Assembly: GCF_000315625.1 (NCBI RefSeq)
Contig: NW_005434624.1
Coordinates: 389,100-453,099, forward strand
DNA: 64,000 bases
DNA from: Guillardia theta CCMP2712
Taxonomy: Eukaryota > Protista > Cryptophyta
Reading direction: 5' to 3'
A program made the position numbers and the translations under genes. How positions within the stretch are numbered: position 1 is the stretch's first letter; each line of letters opens with the position of its first letter. Positions 12,901 to 26,409 of this stretch are shown here, in pieces. The notes beneath the pieces are model-generated. The model saw only the letters and a list, made by a program, of their open reading frames with translations, searched no databases and was not told the origin of the DNA.

Positions 12901-14229
12901 TCGGACGTTTGAACTTCTTTGTAAGGACAATGACATCTCTTCTAGACCCTTCGAGAAATCCAACAACTGTTTCCATTTCAACATACTTGTCTTGAGGTAC
13001 CGTTTCTTCAGAAAAGCATCTACTTGAGCCGCTAGAGCCAGCCTCCAACGACTTTTCAATTCCCTGTGTTGATAGCAGTGCTGCAAAAATTGAATGACGG
13101 TGGAAATCAGCCCATGAATACTGTTCATCGTTGTCATGATTTCCTGGATCAAGAGAAACATCATGCTAGCATGGCTATCCAAACTGAGCCTCGCTGTACT
13201 GGATAAAGATCTGCTCTGTATAAGATCTTGTAACTGCAAAGTTATTTAGGTATCATCAGCTGAAATTGCAGGCAGATCTATCACCTGATAGAATTTGCCA
13301 CTCTGTTGTTCTATCTGTTCTTGCTCTTCTTGCAGTTCAACGATAGTCATTCGTATTTTCCTCTTGAATTGTGCGTGTAGGCTGGAGAGTTTGAACAAAT
13401 CTAGATTCGCAACATGTTTCTTTTCTGAGACCTTACCCTGATGGAACGATATGTCAGCAATCAATTTCGATGCCTAGCAACTTGACCTGTGACATAAAGA
13501 AAGCTTGTTGGGAGTAGATGATAAGTCTGCTAACCAACTCCTTCTTTTCGTCAATGATGGTTTCAGTCTCGTTCGCCCAATTGGACGAAGCTGCACTCCC
13601 ATCAGGCGCTGCATCTAAAGTCATAAATACCGATCAGAAGAATCGGAAAGCAATTTCACCAAGCGCAAAACGTGATGATTGAGCGATGTTCTTGGCAGTT
13701 GCCGCCTTTTCCTTGAGGACTTCGAGGTGCGACTGTAGCTCTAACGTGTGCTGAACTAAATCGAGTCTGCAAGACGTCAGAGATGGAGTAGCCCTGTGTG
13801 AAAGATAGTTGACCTCTCTGCTTCCAAGGCATTGCTGCGCTCCTTTAGCCATCTGGCACTTCCAGGAACGCCTCTGGAAGACGAGTCGGAATGTGACGGC
13901 GCGGAATATACTGGGGAGATCTCGCGGGTGGAAGTATTTGCACTATCATGGGATATTGGAGACAAAGGATTCCGGTCAACATATTCGTATCTGCATCAAA
14001 GAACAAGGAACGTTACATCAGAGGCGGACACCACACCCCAACCAACCTTCCCTCCCTCGCGGGTACAGGAATTGACCTTGCAGAGTTCACCTCCATCTGT
14101 TCCAGGGAGAGCCTGGGCGCTGGAAGGAATCAGTCTCGACGTGTCCCAACCGTGTGAGCAAGAAGAAACGTCTCAGAGAGCTCCCTCATGTTTCTTCCTT
14201 CTCCTTGTACCCTTGCCTGCATCCGCCAT
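3911..14229 (-). CDS. Giant Sfi1-like (33-aa Trp-repeat) protein with C-terminal PDZ domain and EF-hand pair; three apparent frameshifts in this sequence
   Basis: Repeats such as KIVRRWRQLDQGRGLAGWREHATRQRRLREVSE have 33-aa W periodicity. In-frame GT-AG splices join ORF 5237..9319 to 4539..5192, then to the PDZ (GVGMRIQDDPPHRVISLVPSGPADRSGCIEPGDILVAVD), then to LLQIYRKADVQGTG|RVSMRKVVKILRQLG...CDYATFLTIFGF*. The 5' exons give MADAGK|APRLSLEQMEVNSAR|YEYVDRNP. Confidence 0.75.
4726..4778. repeat. (TGGCA)n intronic pentanucleotide repeat
   Basis: Read directly; lies inside an intron of the Sfi1-like gene. Confidence 0.9.
7055..11012 (-). repeat. Near-identical coding tandem array built from 297-bp and 822-bp units
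   Basis: Identical shadow ORFs at 7782, 8604 and 10024; the first two are 822 bp apart. A 297-bp (3x33 aa) unit also recurs. Confidence 0.9.
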
Positions 14230-14889
14230 GCACCCTGCCGCGCATAATCCTCTTGCTCCTTCCTCGCCAACTTTTAGCAGGACTGGCGTTCGAATCCCAC
14301 AAAATTACTCTATGACCCACCAATACCCAATCTTCTTCGTAGAAAAAAAATTATTTGAGTTAAAAATCACTATCGAAGATGATCACATTCATACTCAAAT
14401 ATTTGTTACATAGTCGGATGACCACTGGCCCAAAATAGCCAGTATAGTGAGCCCTCATCCCCTGTAGCAAAGACAAACATCTTCTTTCACCCCACCCCTC
14501 TTTGCCGCTGCAAGGAAAACTCGTGGGTCATCTGGTGCGCCAAGATCCGTACTAGACGAGAATCGGCTATAGAGAGCATCGCACAGAGTAGGCAGCAGGG
14601 GAGAGGGGGAGAAATAGCCACCAGGGCATGGAGGCAGACATGAGGGATAAGATGTGTGGAGAAGGAGAAAGTTCTCCAGCAAGATCGTGGAAGGAGTGAG
14701 AGGGAAGCCGGGTAAAAAGCCAAAACAGAGCACGTATGGGAGATGTAGAGGATCAAGAAATGGGAGGAATGAAGAGCGTGGCTGAGGGGGATGGACAAAA
14801 CACTAACAAGTGGGTGGGGAGAAGGGGAAAGGAGGCAAGGATTGGTTCATTACATCACAGGGATTGGAGAGCGAACCTTGCTTTATTTG

Positions 14890-17332
14890 TACGTATATGA
14901 CACCAGGTTGTCCTATCGAGCTGTTGAACAAAAACAAAACTCATCTTATCTCATTTATCCCCGCTGCATGGACACTGAATTTGCGATAGTCTTGAGAGAA
15001 TTGTACCTCTATCTCTTCGAAATCGGCGACACCGCTGCCAAGTTCCGACCCCGGAATCTCAGTACGGTCCAGCTAGTTGGATCAACTGCTTTCCACAGAC
15101 AATAGCCTCAAAAAACTGAATATCGAGGTCTTCTGCCGTGAGATATTGATCTGAGCAGTTTGCAAGGAAGGGTATGCCACCAGAGAGGTTCTCGGACCGG
15201 TAGGAATGTATTTTTGTCCAATCATGCTGTAGTTTACTCGTTTCATATGAAACTTCTCCGCTGGCCGAAGAGGCCTCGACACACTCAACTTCACTTTGCC
15301 TGAAAAATCTGAGGATACTTGCCATGCATGCTATTCTTTTCGAGTGCGTTCTCCCCGTACTGCGTTGGAACCCTCCGAGCAAAAAGTCAGCGATCACTCC
15401 CTAAAATATAGGCAACTTACCTGTATGCAGGCACTCCCCAGTGTTTGCAGAGCACCTGTTCCGATGCTTCGATCATAGGTAGTTCAAGAAAACATCGCGA
15501 TATAGGACCGAAAAAATTGACTGGTCATGTCTATGAGATATAAACTGGCAGAATCTTGTAAGCGTTGCTCGGAGTCACTTGACAACAAAAAACTTACTTC
15601 TTCATGTTGTTGGGCCCCGTTTTCTTCGTCAGATATCAAGCTGAGTTGTGTAGTCAACAACCAGCTTGCAATCAAAGATTCTACCTGTAATTCTGAGACA
15701 GAGTTAGCCATTGACGCACAAATTCCTTTGAACTTTCGCACACGCGGAAAACGATGAAAGTAGCAGCCCTACTCAACTGTTGAGGTGTCGCGTCAGCTTT
15801 TTCTAATCAAATACCGTTGTCCCGAAAATCTGCATTCCTCCGTACAATTCAAAGCGAATAAAACCTAGCCGACCGTAAGGACATAGAAACGAAGCCGAGA
15901 GTCCCATCAAGACCTCCTCCTTGGTGTACACGTACTCCTTGTGTTGAGCCATGCCAAATGAAACAATACCCAACTCCTGCAACAGTGATATATTATGGGA
16001 TGTCACTCATGAATTTGCAACACCTCCGCCTCGGCAATGTCAAAAAGCGGCGTTGCACTAATTCAAGAAAGTGAGCTTCCCTGGCAAAGTCGAAGAAAAT
16101 CGTGAATACCTTGACACGAAGGTAAGCTGGGCATCTGCGTACATCAAGAGATCTCCCTCTGACAGTGTGTGCAAAGATTGATTGATAAGGTATGGCTTCC
16201 ACAGCCATAGCCCCGCCCCTTTTCTCTGGTTGAAAATCCTGGAATTTGCAGATGTGAAGTCTTGGTTGAGATGCTGAGGTCCAAACTGAAGGTGAAGTTG
16301 TCATTGCTTACGGAGATCCAATGATAGACATTACCATTTTTACGCCATCAACACCACCAATTGAGATTGCAGTTGCTGCCAATGTCTTCAAAGAATCTTG
16401 GAAAGCCTCGGTTCCATAGCTCACAAGGAGTTTGTAAGGTCGGGCGTTCTGATACACGGCATTGAAAGACTTGGACTCCGGCTCCAATCCGATAAAATTT
16501 TCCAATCAGACCTTGTTCCAATGTAAGATATCTTTGCCATAGGACCTCGAGGAGTTATACCAAGGTGCATGGTTGAGCTGTGAAATGAACGTAGTGCTCG
16601 ACATGATTCCTACCTCTCGATCATTCGAGTCCAGCAGCGAGATGTCAATTACTGACATGCCAGGTCTAATGCTACTCAATGTAACCTTTCGCAAGTATCC
16701 AGAGTCAGATCAAGAGACTGCCAAGGAGAAAAGTCACCTTTATTTCTGCTGCACAGCTCTTGTATCTATAATGTGTATTCAAAAAAATCGCTGCACATCC
16801 TGCGTCAAGTCCCATTTCATAGTTCTTCACAAGAATGTGTGCGTTAACCTACCATTAGATGAAATCACTATGTCACTACCACAAACGGTAGATTATATGA
16901 ATACCTCATCACTCTCTATTTTGGAGCCATGCCGAGGATGAAGTATCTCAATCACAGCCATCTCATGGTCAGTGAGGCAAGAGTCGGGAATTTTTTCCAA
17001 TTGATCCGACTGTGCAGTCATCTCAAGTTGGGGAGGCAGTTTTACATCGTTCATGCATATGCATTGTGTGAGCAACGAAAAAGCTGCAACTGATTGCCAA
17101 ATACAAGACGTTTTTCTTGCATTCTTCGTTCTCTGCCATGGAAAAATCGTGAATTCTGTCCCGCACTTCCATGAAGTTTCTTTAGACGGGTGCTCCTTTC
17201 CGAGCATGCTTTGACCTACTTGTATTCGCCTCATCATGTGGTGATCGTTGCATTGTATCCCTGGCCCTGCTCAGCGTATCTTGAGTCCACAACAGCTTCC
17301 TTGAACCCAACGAGCAGCATGTTCCGTACCAT
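14890..17332 (-). CDS. Intron-rich putative glycosyltransferase-like (GT-A-like) protein; ends uncertain
   Basis: Manual translation of about 16135-16250 on the minus strand gives NQRKGAGLWLWKPYLINQSLHTLSEGDLLMYADA, preceded by LLVSYGTEAFQDSLKTL and followed by QHKEYVYTKEEVL. A hydrophobic stretch lies near the N-terminus. Confidence 0.55.
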
Positions 17333-17349
17333 TTTCGCGAAACAAGTAC

Positions 17350-17830
17350 GTCGAGGATAAATCCAACAAACCCGCCTCAACAAAATACTAGGAAAAGGAG
17401 AAGGCAGCGAAAAAAAGTACATGCTTCCCGGAGTCCAGGCCCTTCCCCGGGCCGGGCCCTTGGCGAACAGTGAGGTCGGGCCGCAGGGCGGCGCGGCCCG
17501 CGGCGGAGCCTCGGATCCGGAGTGCGGGGGGGGGGGGGGGGGGGGGGCGGCCCCCCTTTGCGGCCCCACTCATGAAAGCAGTTGGCAGGATTAGGTTTGG
17601 TTCTCCGGTGTCTTTGCTCTTCAAGGCTCGCCCGTTTGGCAGCCTCCTCGCGGAGTCGACTCTCCCGATTGTCCTCGTACTGGTTTTATCTTCACTTTGA
17701 GTAAACTTCGGAGGCCCGGATCCGGCAGGTGACGGAAAGATCCGGGAGTCCGACGACACCTGAGTCCCGGATATGCGGCGCGGCGGCGGGGGCAGTGACG
17801 GCGGTAGGATGAGGATCAATGATGGCCGCC
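17350..17830. promoter_or_regulatory. Intergenic island with conserved dispersed modules, a poly-G run and GC palindromes
   Basis: Contains a 43-bp module shared with 43016-43058 and a roughly 130-bp module shared (inverted) with 28198-28335; sits between divergent genes. Confidence 0.6.
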
Positions 17831-18479
17831 TCATCCGTTGAACCGTTACTGGGACTACACGAATTTGGAGCCCTGACCCTTCGGGTGTCATCCTTTGTGA
17901 TATTTTTTGAATTTTGGATTTAATGTTGTGAACATGAATACTCAATCTTGTAATTAGGAGATAAAATTTAGGATATCTGAAATATATATCTGAATTTTGG
18001 TGACCCCGCATGGAATTGTTTTTGTTTTTCTGATTCGAATCCCACCAAGCCCAGCATGTCGTGGCAGCAAGTGGAGCCATGAAGGAGTGAGGTGAGATGA
18101 CATGACGACTCTTAATGTTCTACCTCATCCTCTGCCGCTCCTGATATGGTACCGCATGCCTTTTCCTCGCATGATACTGTGTTTCCCAATAACTCATCCA
18201 TCTTGATTTCATTTTTATGCTTTCAAATTTGTGACCAACTACCACCTCTCCGCTCTGGTGGTGGATTTTCCTTTATTCTGAAACTTCTACCATTACTACT
18301 GATTTATCTTGATTTCTTTGGCTGCTACGAAATCTCCTCTTGATGTTGCAAGCTCAAATCCCTATTTAAATGCTCTGACGGCTCGCTGACATTACAACAC
18401 ACTACTGATGTGATTCTTTTATGCAGTTGATGTATATCCGGGTTATTCCTGATTGAACCACAAGCCGTGTGACTTGGAA

Positions 18480-21400
18480 ATGGGTGCCGAGGAGGATAGA
18501 ATCCGAAAGATCGAAGCGGGAAGAAAGAGGCTGGAAAAATTCAGACAAGCCAAGTCGAACGGCCCGAATGAGGATCACAAGTCTAAGCCCCTTCCCTCTC
18601 CATTCGATGCTCCAAGGTCCAGTATCAATGGATCGATGAGGGTGTCAGCTCAAATCCCCTCCCGTCAACCAAAAGTATTGCCGGCATCAACAGGTTGACT
18701 CTCTGCTGCCATGGATGGTGATGTGTTAGCCTCACAGAATTTGATGCAGAATCTATCAATGTCGTTCCCTCCGTACGAGAACCTGAACCGAAAGCTGTAC
18801 TAGAAGAAAGTCCCAAACGGTGCCTTTATTGATAGTTTCCAATCTCTGTGATTTACGTAGGGCAGGCTTGAACTCTCAGAAGATCAAAGTAATGCAATCT
18901 CTCACGTGACGCACAGTCAAGGTTGTGCATTACTGTATCCTGTAGGGTTTTCATTGTTTGCACAGGGTCGACTAGTCTGAGTGACGTGTCTGGGCGAGGA
19001 AAGCATGCCCAGCTGCAGGTGGCTGTGATATTGTTCATGATTCCCCGCTGAAGTCAATGTCAGGTCGCTCGAGAAACGAATTCGATTCCGGAGCCTGAGG
19101 TAGGGGCAACCTGCAGTTGAAGCTCTATGGGCTCACCTATCTCTGTAGGATCGAATGGAAGCTCCTGCAGCACACGATGCCGTTCCTTATGTTGCAGATG
19201 GTGTAGTTTTTACGTCTTATCCGTCGACGGTAATTCGTGGAAATGTTTCTGTTGTCCTTGACATGAATCAGTCCTTGAGGACATCTCGCACGCAGTACAG
19301 CATCGTGCGGGAAGAGGGAATGCGTGTCGATGCGATGATGGGCGAGGTTCTGGTCTTTTGATCTCGTGCTTGCCTCATCACCTGTTTCCACACGGATAGG
19401 CGGATGGCGAAGATGAAAAAACGATCATGATCCAAAGCCTTCGCGCGATGGTGGATGGGCTGAAACGACAGATTGCATTCGATGTTGAGGTATCTGAATT
19501 CCGAAGGCCATGATCCTTGCTGATTGTGCTTGTATGACAGCTTCTCGATGCGGCGAATACTAAGCAGAAGGAGACTGAGGCGCAGCTTGCTAAAGCTCAG
19601 GCGAGAATTCTGTCGTAACCTTTCCCTATTTATGACCTTCGTTTAGGCCAACTACGATCGTGTAGTTTCGCAAGTTCAAGGCACGCTTGATATACAGCCG
19701 ACTCTTGAAATCTCAAATGTCCAAGCTCATATGCTTCAAAATTTAGGAGACCATAGGTCAATATTCTTGGAACAATCAAACGAAGCTCTTTTGATGGAAA
19801 AAAACGCGCTGATTGATGATTTGAATTCAAAACTATCACAGAACATGGAAAGAAATGCTGACCTCGAAAGGAGATTGGAAGAAATGCAGCGTCACATTGA
19901 TCAGAAGCATCAAGAGACCACTTTAATCAAGAAGCAGTTGAAGGCGTTGGAGTCCAGACCTGGAGAAGACCTTCAGAAACGGATTTTAGAATTACAAAAT
20001 GAAGTTCAATCGATGGTAGAACGAGACCAAGAGGCCTGCCATGCTATCGAGGATTTAGAAATTGCAAAGAGGGAGATCGAAAATCTGAGGAGGGCCCAGG
20101 AAGTTGCAAATACAGCAATTCACAGGATGCAAAGCGAACTCCTTCAGAGGAGCTTGAAATCTGATCTTAACACCGTGGAGCGTGGATCTGATGCGACAGA
20201 ACTCGAAGAGCTGCGTATCAAGTTGAGAGATTATGAATCGCTGAAGCTTTCTAAGGACTCTTTGGAAAGACGTCTTCAACATATTGTGACTCAGGAAGAC
20301 CTACTTTCCCAGCTCATTGCTCAGATCGATGCAGAATTGGCCAAGGTGCATGAGATTGTTTACCAGACTGATAGTGCAATGCTATCTAAACACGCTTCTT
20401 GGAACGGGGCAGTGGAAAACTTTCTGTTTTTAATTCGAAGCTGTCAAGAAGACCTGTCCTTCATTTTCAGTCACGACACGTTTTTCACATCTGGTGCCGC
20501 AGAGAAGCTTTTGAGTGGTCGAATTGAACCATACAAGTGCCTTACTGACTCAGCAAATATTGCAAGAATTATTCTGGACTGCAAGCAGTTCAATTCTTCA
20601 ATGACAAAACAATTTCTATGTGCCATTGAAGGGTTGGAGTCAGACATTGATGATATACGGTCTTGTGCCATCCTACCCAACAAATCGGGTCTGCAATGTT
20701 GGCCAGACGCAAACGACTTCAAAGCGGAATATAGCGAATTAAGGGAATGCTATTCTAAGGAACCTAAGGAATGTTTGTCACAGGTGAAGATTTGTTCTGG
20801 TTCTATTCCTTTGTTCCTTTTTTTTGATAAGTTTCTTGTTTACAGCAGGATATAGGCATGATCATGAGGCAACTTAAGGATGAGATGAAGGCTCAAATTT
20901 ATATGATACTGAAGCAAGTTTGTGAAATATCAAGATGCATTGACGTGTTAGCAGAAGAAAACTCGCTTCGAAATTTGCGCATTCTGGAGATGGGCACTTG
21001 TCACCTTGACTTTGCGACTAAATGCGCAGAAGTTGATGAGCAGATTGGAGACATTCACAAGAATATTGGACAGATTGAAAATTGTATCCATGTATTGAAA
21101 AGGCCGTTGGACCATGTTGCTGAAGGCACTGAAGATGCAAAGTTCCACATCGATTTTCTGAATTCAAACAATCGAGATCTTGTCACAAGCTGTGATTCCA
21201 CAAAGCGCCCTCAGCAATACTTTCTCAGTGCAACTATCATGGAACAATTCAAGTCCATTATATCTCACTGCAATGATGCGTTTGCGGATCTTAACCAAAA
21301 CGAGCTATGTTTCCGCGAGCTCATGGACGAGCGAGACAGGCTCCGGGAGGCAGCGCTCCAGCACGAGGAGAGCCTGAAGGAGTTTGAGCTGCTGCGTCAC

Positions 21401-24400
21401 GAGAGCGGCTTGCTCCAGGACCAAGTCAAGGAGCTTGAGAAGATGCTTGATGAGAAGCAAGGAGAGGCCAGCAAGCTGCAGGAAGCGTACGGGGCGATGA
21501 GAGAAGCACAAAGCCGTGCAGAGGAGGCCAAGAAGGAGGCAGAGGGGGCACGGGCAGAGCTGCAGGAGGCTCAGGCACAAGCGGAGGGAGCCAAGAAGGA
21601 GGCAGAGGGGGCACGGGCAGAGCTGCAGGAGGCTCAGGCACAAGCGGAGGGGGCCAAGAAGGAGGCAGAGGCCTTGTCGGCTGCTAGGACAGCATTGATC
21701 GAGCAGGCTCAGGCACTTGAGAGCAAGATCAAGGAGCTTGAGATCGAGAAGGATGTGGAACTTAGAAAGGTCGTGGACGAGCGAGACAGGCTCCGGGAGA
21801 CAGCGCTCCAGCACGAGGAGAGCCTGAAGGAGTTTGAGCTGCTGCGTCACGAGAGCGGCTTGCTCCAGGACCAAGTCAAGGAGCTTGAGAAGATGCTTGA
21901 TGAGAAGCAAGGAGAGGCCAGCAAGCTGCAGGAAGCGTACGGGGCGATGAGAGAAGCACAAAGCCGTGCAGAGGAGGCCAAGAAGGAGGCAGAGGGGGCA
22001 CGGGCAGAGCTACAGGAGGCTCAGGTACAAGCGGAGGGGGCCAAGAAGGAGGCAGAGGCCTTGTCGGCTGCTAGGACAGCATTGATCGAGCAGGCTCAGG
22101 CACTTGAGAGCAAGATCAAGGAGCTTGAGATCGAGAAGGATGTGGAACTTAGAAAGGTCGTGGACGAGCGAGACAGGCTCCGGGAGACAGCGCTCCAGCA
22201 CGAGGAGAGCCTGAAGGAGTTTGAGCTGCTGGGTCACGAGAGCGGCTTGCTCCAGGACCAAGTCAAGGAGCTTGAGAAGATGCTTGATGAGAAGCAAGGA
22301 GAGGCCAGCAAGCTGCAGGAAGCGTACGGGGCGATGAGAGAAGCACAAAGCCGTGCAGAGGAGGCCAAGAAGGAGGCAGAGGCCTTGTCGGCTGCTAGGA
22401 CAGCATTGATCGAGCAGGCTCAGGCACTTGAGAGCAAGATCAAGGAGCTTGAGATCGAGAAGGATGTGGAGCATGCTGTACAAGCCGAAAGGATGCGAGA
22501 GCTCATGGAGGTACTAGAAGAGGCCAAAGGAGCTTTAGGTGAGAGTGAGCTATGTCTCCGTGATCTCGTGGACGAGCGAGACAGGCTCCGGGAGACAGCG
22601 CTCCAGCACGAGGAGAGCCTGAAGGAGTTTGAGCTGCTGCGTCACGAGAGCGGCTTGCTCCAGGACCAAGTCAAGGAGCTTGAGAAGATGCTTGATGAGA
22701 AGCAAGGAGAGGCCAGCAAGCTGCAGGAAGCGTACGGGGCGATGAGAGAAGCACAAAGCCGTGCAGAGGAGGCCAAGAAGGAGGCAGAGGGGGCACGGGC
22801 AGAGCTGCAGGAGGCTCAGGTACAAGCGGAGGGGGCCAAGAAGGAGGCAGAGGGGGCACGGGCAGAGCTGCAGGAGGCTCAGGCACAAGCGAAGGAAGCC
22901 AGAAGGCAGGCAGAGGGGGCACGGGCAGAGCTACAAGAGGCTCAGGCACAAGCGGAGAAAGCGGCGCAAAGTCTTGATACCTTGCTTGAGGACTTTCAGC
23001 TACAACAAAGAAGAATGCAGAAAAAGTTGTTCGATGCTCAGTCAACCTCTATTGAGATATCTTCTCGTTTCTCTGATGCAAGGATAAAAGAATTGTTGCT
23101 ACATGTCACAGAGGCACAGGAACTTCTCGACTCAACAGTTTCAGATTGCCTGCTGGAATCCGACGAGAAGGTGTGTGAAATTCTCTCCCCTGGATCCTGC
23201 ACTATTCTATATTTCTTGACTTCAAAACCTGAACTGACCATGATCTTGCAGGCGAGGATCAAATTCTTGGAGGATGAAATCTTTGCTTTGAGATCTGCCT
23301 GCAAGTGCATGTTCACGCACAACGTTGAACAAGGCGCCCGGGCAGAAAGCCGCGCTCTTGACAACTCATTCTTGTCCAACCAGGAAACACCGTTGTCCGA
23401 CAAGTTGACCGCCCCACAGCACTGGTTGCGAGCTCACTTCGAGGAGATCTGTAAGGAGTTGGCTGAAGTGAATCACATGATTCGTGAAATTCATCTCAAA
23501 GATGATGAGACTGCGATGACCCCCGGCAAGATGCAGGGTCGCCAAGGTCTACCCATGGCAGGATATCGAAGCAGAACAGTCGAAATGAGATCAAAGACGG
23601 CAGAGACCAAGAAGGAGAGCGCTGCGGAAAATCCGCTCATCAATTTCTTCCCCAACGTCATCAATAAGGGCAAAGGCAATCTAGATTCAATGTTTGGGCA
23701 GATCAAGAAGATGGTGGAGATTCCATTGGAGCCGAACGAGCACAATCTGTTCGGTCTGCTGGCCCACGATCGTTCAAGCTCCCATCGCGACGTCAGACGG
23801 CTGAAGGCTGGAGCCAGCGCTCCTTCCAAAGACGTCGATTCAGGTTCTTCCCACGTGCTGAAACGTTGACGAGAGCTGAAGTGTTGTGTGCAGCAGTGTT
23901 CGTCTTCTCGAGGTCGGCACCTGCATGGCAAGCGACAGCTGACCCCGCAGCCTCCAGGTGTCAGTTCGTCGAGATCTTTGGCTGCATCAAGGAGGTGGAG
24001 GCGATCCAACTTGAGGTAGAGGGTGGAGGGAGGACGAAGGGAGGACGACGACTGCTGACGGAAGTGCAGCTTGTTAAGCTGATGGATCAGTTCAAGAAGC
24101 GAGAAGAAGTCATCGTCTCGCTCGAGGCTGCCCTAGAGGCTTCTTTGGGAAGAGAATCTGTGCTGGAAGAGCTGCAGGCCTCCACCCACCAGTCTCTCTC
24201 AGGGATGAATGACCAAGTGACAACCATCTTCAGCACCCTTGCAGGAGTGGAGTTGAAGAGCAAGCAGGTGGGCACTTGTCACGGCATGTTGTGTGTCGTC
24301 ATCGAAGTCGACAGGAGAGGTTGACGCGGGATGCCTCCCAAAGGAAGCAAGAACAAGATTCAAGCATCGGCATGCAGCTCGGCATGCAACCCCCAACTTT

Positions 24401-26312
24401 CAGAGGGTCGAAGTGACAGCACCACAGATGCGATGAAAAAGCTCGAAACAAGGGTCGCGGAGCTCTGCCGAGAGAATGAGGTCCCGTGCGATTGAAAAGG
24501 CCTTAGCTAACTCAGCTCCCAGCTGCTGTGTCAAACTGTGAAGTCCGAGCACTCTGATAAGGTCTCAATGTTCTCCGACGCCTCACGGTCGCTTGAAATG
24601 ACCTGATGACAGTGCAAGGCCCTGGACGACCTCACCAAGGAGCAGACGCGACACGAGCAGATCAGAGTCCAGCTGAATGCAACTCAAGCTGTGCGTGCTG
24701 GCACCACGAGAGGATCCGCGAGGTCTGACGCGACCGCAGGATCTGAGATTCTACGAGAGCACTCTTGAGGATGTGAAGCACAAACTGCTCAGTGGGCAGA
24801 CGAGAGAATCGGAGCTCATCCGAGAGCAGGTGAAAAGAGCATCGCCTTGCTGCCTGAGCTGATGAGAGTGAGGCTCCAGGCCTTGACGAGGAGGATCCTG
24901 AGCGGGAACGTGGAGGTGAGGACAAGTGAGTCAGCACCATCAGCTGACAGTGCCCAGCATGAGCTCTCAGTGAAGGAGCACGAGCTAAGAATCAGGTCCG
25001 TCCATCTCCTCAACCTCTCGCCTCCCCCCCCCCCAAGCTGAGGCCCTGACTTCAGGGAGTTCCTCCGGAAGCAGCGCACCAACATGGAGATCCTCTCACA
25101 GGCACTGCTGGAAACGTGCCGGGGCTGTCGGTGTAAGCTGATAGTGCAGCAGGAGAAGTCGCATCTGGAGCAATCGCTCGACTCGATGAGGAGGCAGAAC
25201 TCCATCCTTTACGACACTCTCAAAGCAGTGGAAGAAAGGTGCGCCTGCCGCTCCGATCGGCTCATCCCACTCGCCTTGTGCTTACGTCATGAGCAGGGAA
25301 CGATTTGCTGAGGCCGAGAAGAGGAGAGCAGGTAGTCAGCTGAGATGAAGGGGGGGAGGAGCACCTGAGGGTGTTGGCAGTGCAAGAAAAGTTGGACAGT
25401 CAGGCTTCTCTCAAGCGGACGACGGAACGACTGCACAAGCTGCAGAGCCAACTCGCGCAGCACGTAAGCTCGTCTTTGTCTTGCCTGTGCATCGGATGAC
25501 TGGCTGTCTTTTCTCTCTGTCGCCTCTTGGTTTCGCTCTTGTTGTCTTGCAGAGTTCGAGAGTGAAATGGTTAGTCTCTCCTCCTGGCCGTTCATGGCAG
25601 CGCTTGCCTGCCTTGCGGCAGCCCTGCCGTGACTGAGTGCCTCTCCCTCCCCCTCCCTCCTCTCTTTTTTCCCATCTGCTTGTTCCGACGAGACGCTGCC
25701 AATTTGACCTCGTGACCCTGATTATCTCTTGTCACAGGAGTCTCCAGCGGGTAGCCCAGCTGAAGATCCAGAGCGAGGACGGAGACGACCGTACAGCACT
25801 GGAGATCATGAGGGACTCGAACTGGAGGGGAGAGGCTCCTCCTCGGAGATGAAGCGGGCCCCTCCTGTACATAGAAGTCTTCACTTGCAATCTTCTCCCT
25901 TGGAGGGTCTGCCGCCCAAGCGCAGGGACCCAAGGATTGTTCGGGACGACGTTGAGGGTACCCCTGAGCAGCAGCACGTGGGTGTGCTTGGCCTTGGCTG
26001 GCTCAAGGGGGAGAGCAAAGTGTTCGAGGACAAGGTCCTTCCTCCTTCCCTTGTCCTCCCTCCCTTCGCCCTCTCATTCCCACAGCCACTCACTCCCCTT
26101 CTGCTTGACTCATGCTTGCACAGGTAAAGGAGTGCAGAGAACAGATCGCGTGGCTAACCTCAGGCAACTTCGACCTGTTCCATGACGCGCCTTCAGCCTC
26201 GAGTGCGTCTCCTGCTGTCGGGAAGGATCCCAGGAGGACGAGAGCATCCCCTGGCGGAGTCTCGATTTGGAGCAGAAAGTCACCGGCGAAACCATGGAAT
26301 TCCCCAGCTTGA
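18480..26312 (+). CDS. Large multi-exon coiled-coil protein with a golgin/pericentrin-AKAP9-like N-terminal motif
   Basis: N-terminus MGAEEDRIRKIEAGRKRLEKFRQAK; long heptad-rich exons 19731-20855 and 20858-23869; many short GT-AG introns through to ...KPWNSPA*. Confidence 0.7.
21323..22960 (+). repeat. Modular coding repeats (A x4, 63-bp B x6, C x3) in the coiled-coil exon
   Basis: A=DERDRLRETALQHEE...AEEAKKEAE, B=GARAELQEAQAQAEGAKKEAE, C=ALSAARTALIEQAQALESKIKELEIEKDVE; near-identical at the DNA level. Confidence 0.9.
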
Positions 26313-26409
26313 GAGGAAGATTCCAGGAAGAAGTTGAGCAAGAATTCTGTATGTATGTCATGTGAATGTCTCAAGTGTTGTTCTCGTCGTTGCTCCTGCT
26401 CTGGAGTCC

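Noticed and set aside
17526-17547. Poly-G run as a functional G-quadruplex element
   Set aside because: Homopolymer length is unreliable, and similar G/C runs occur elsewhere without consistent context.
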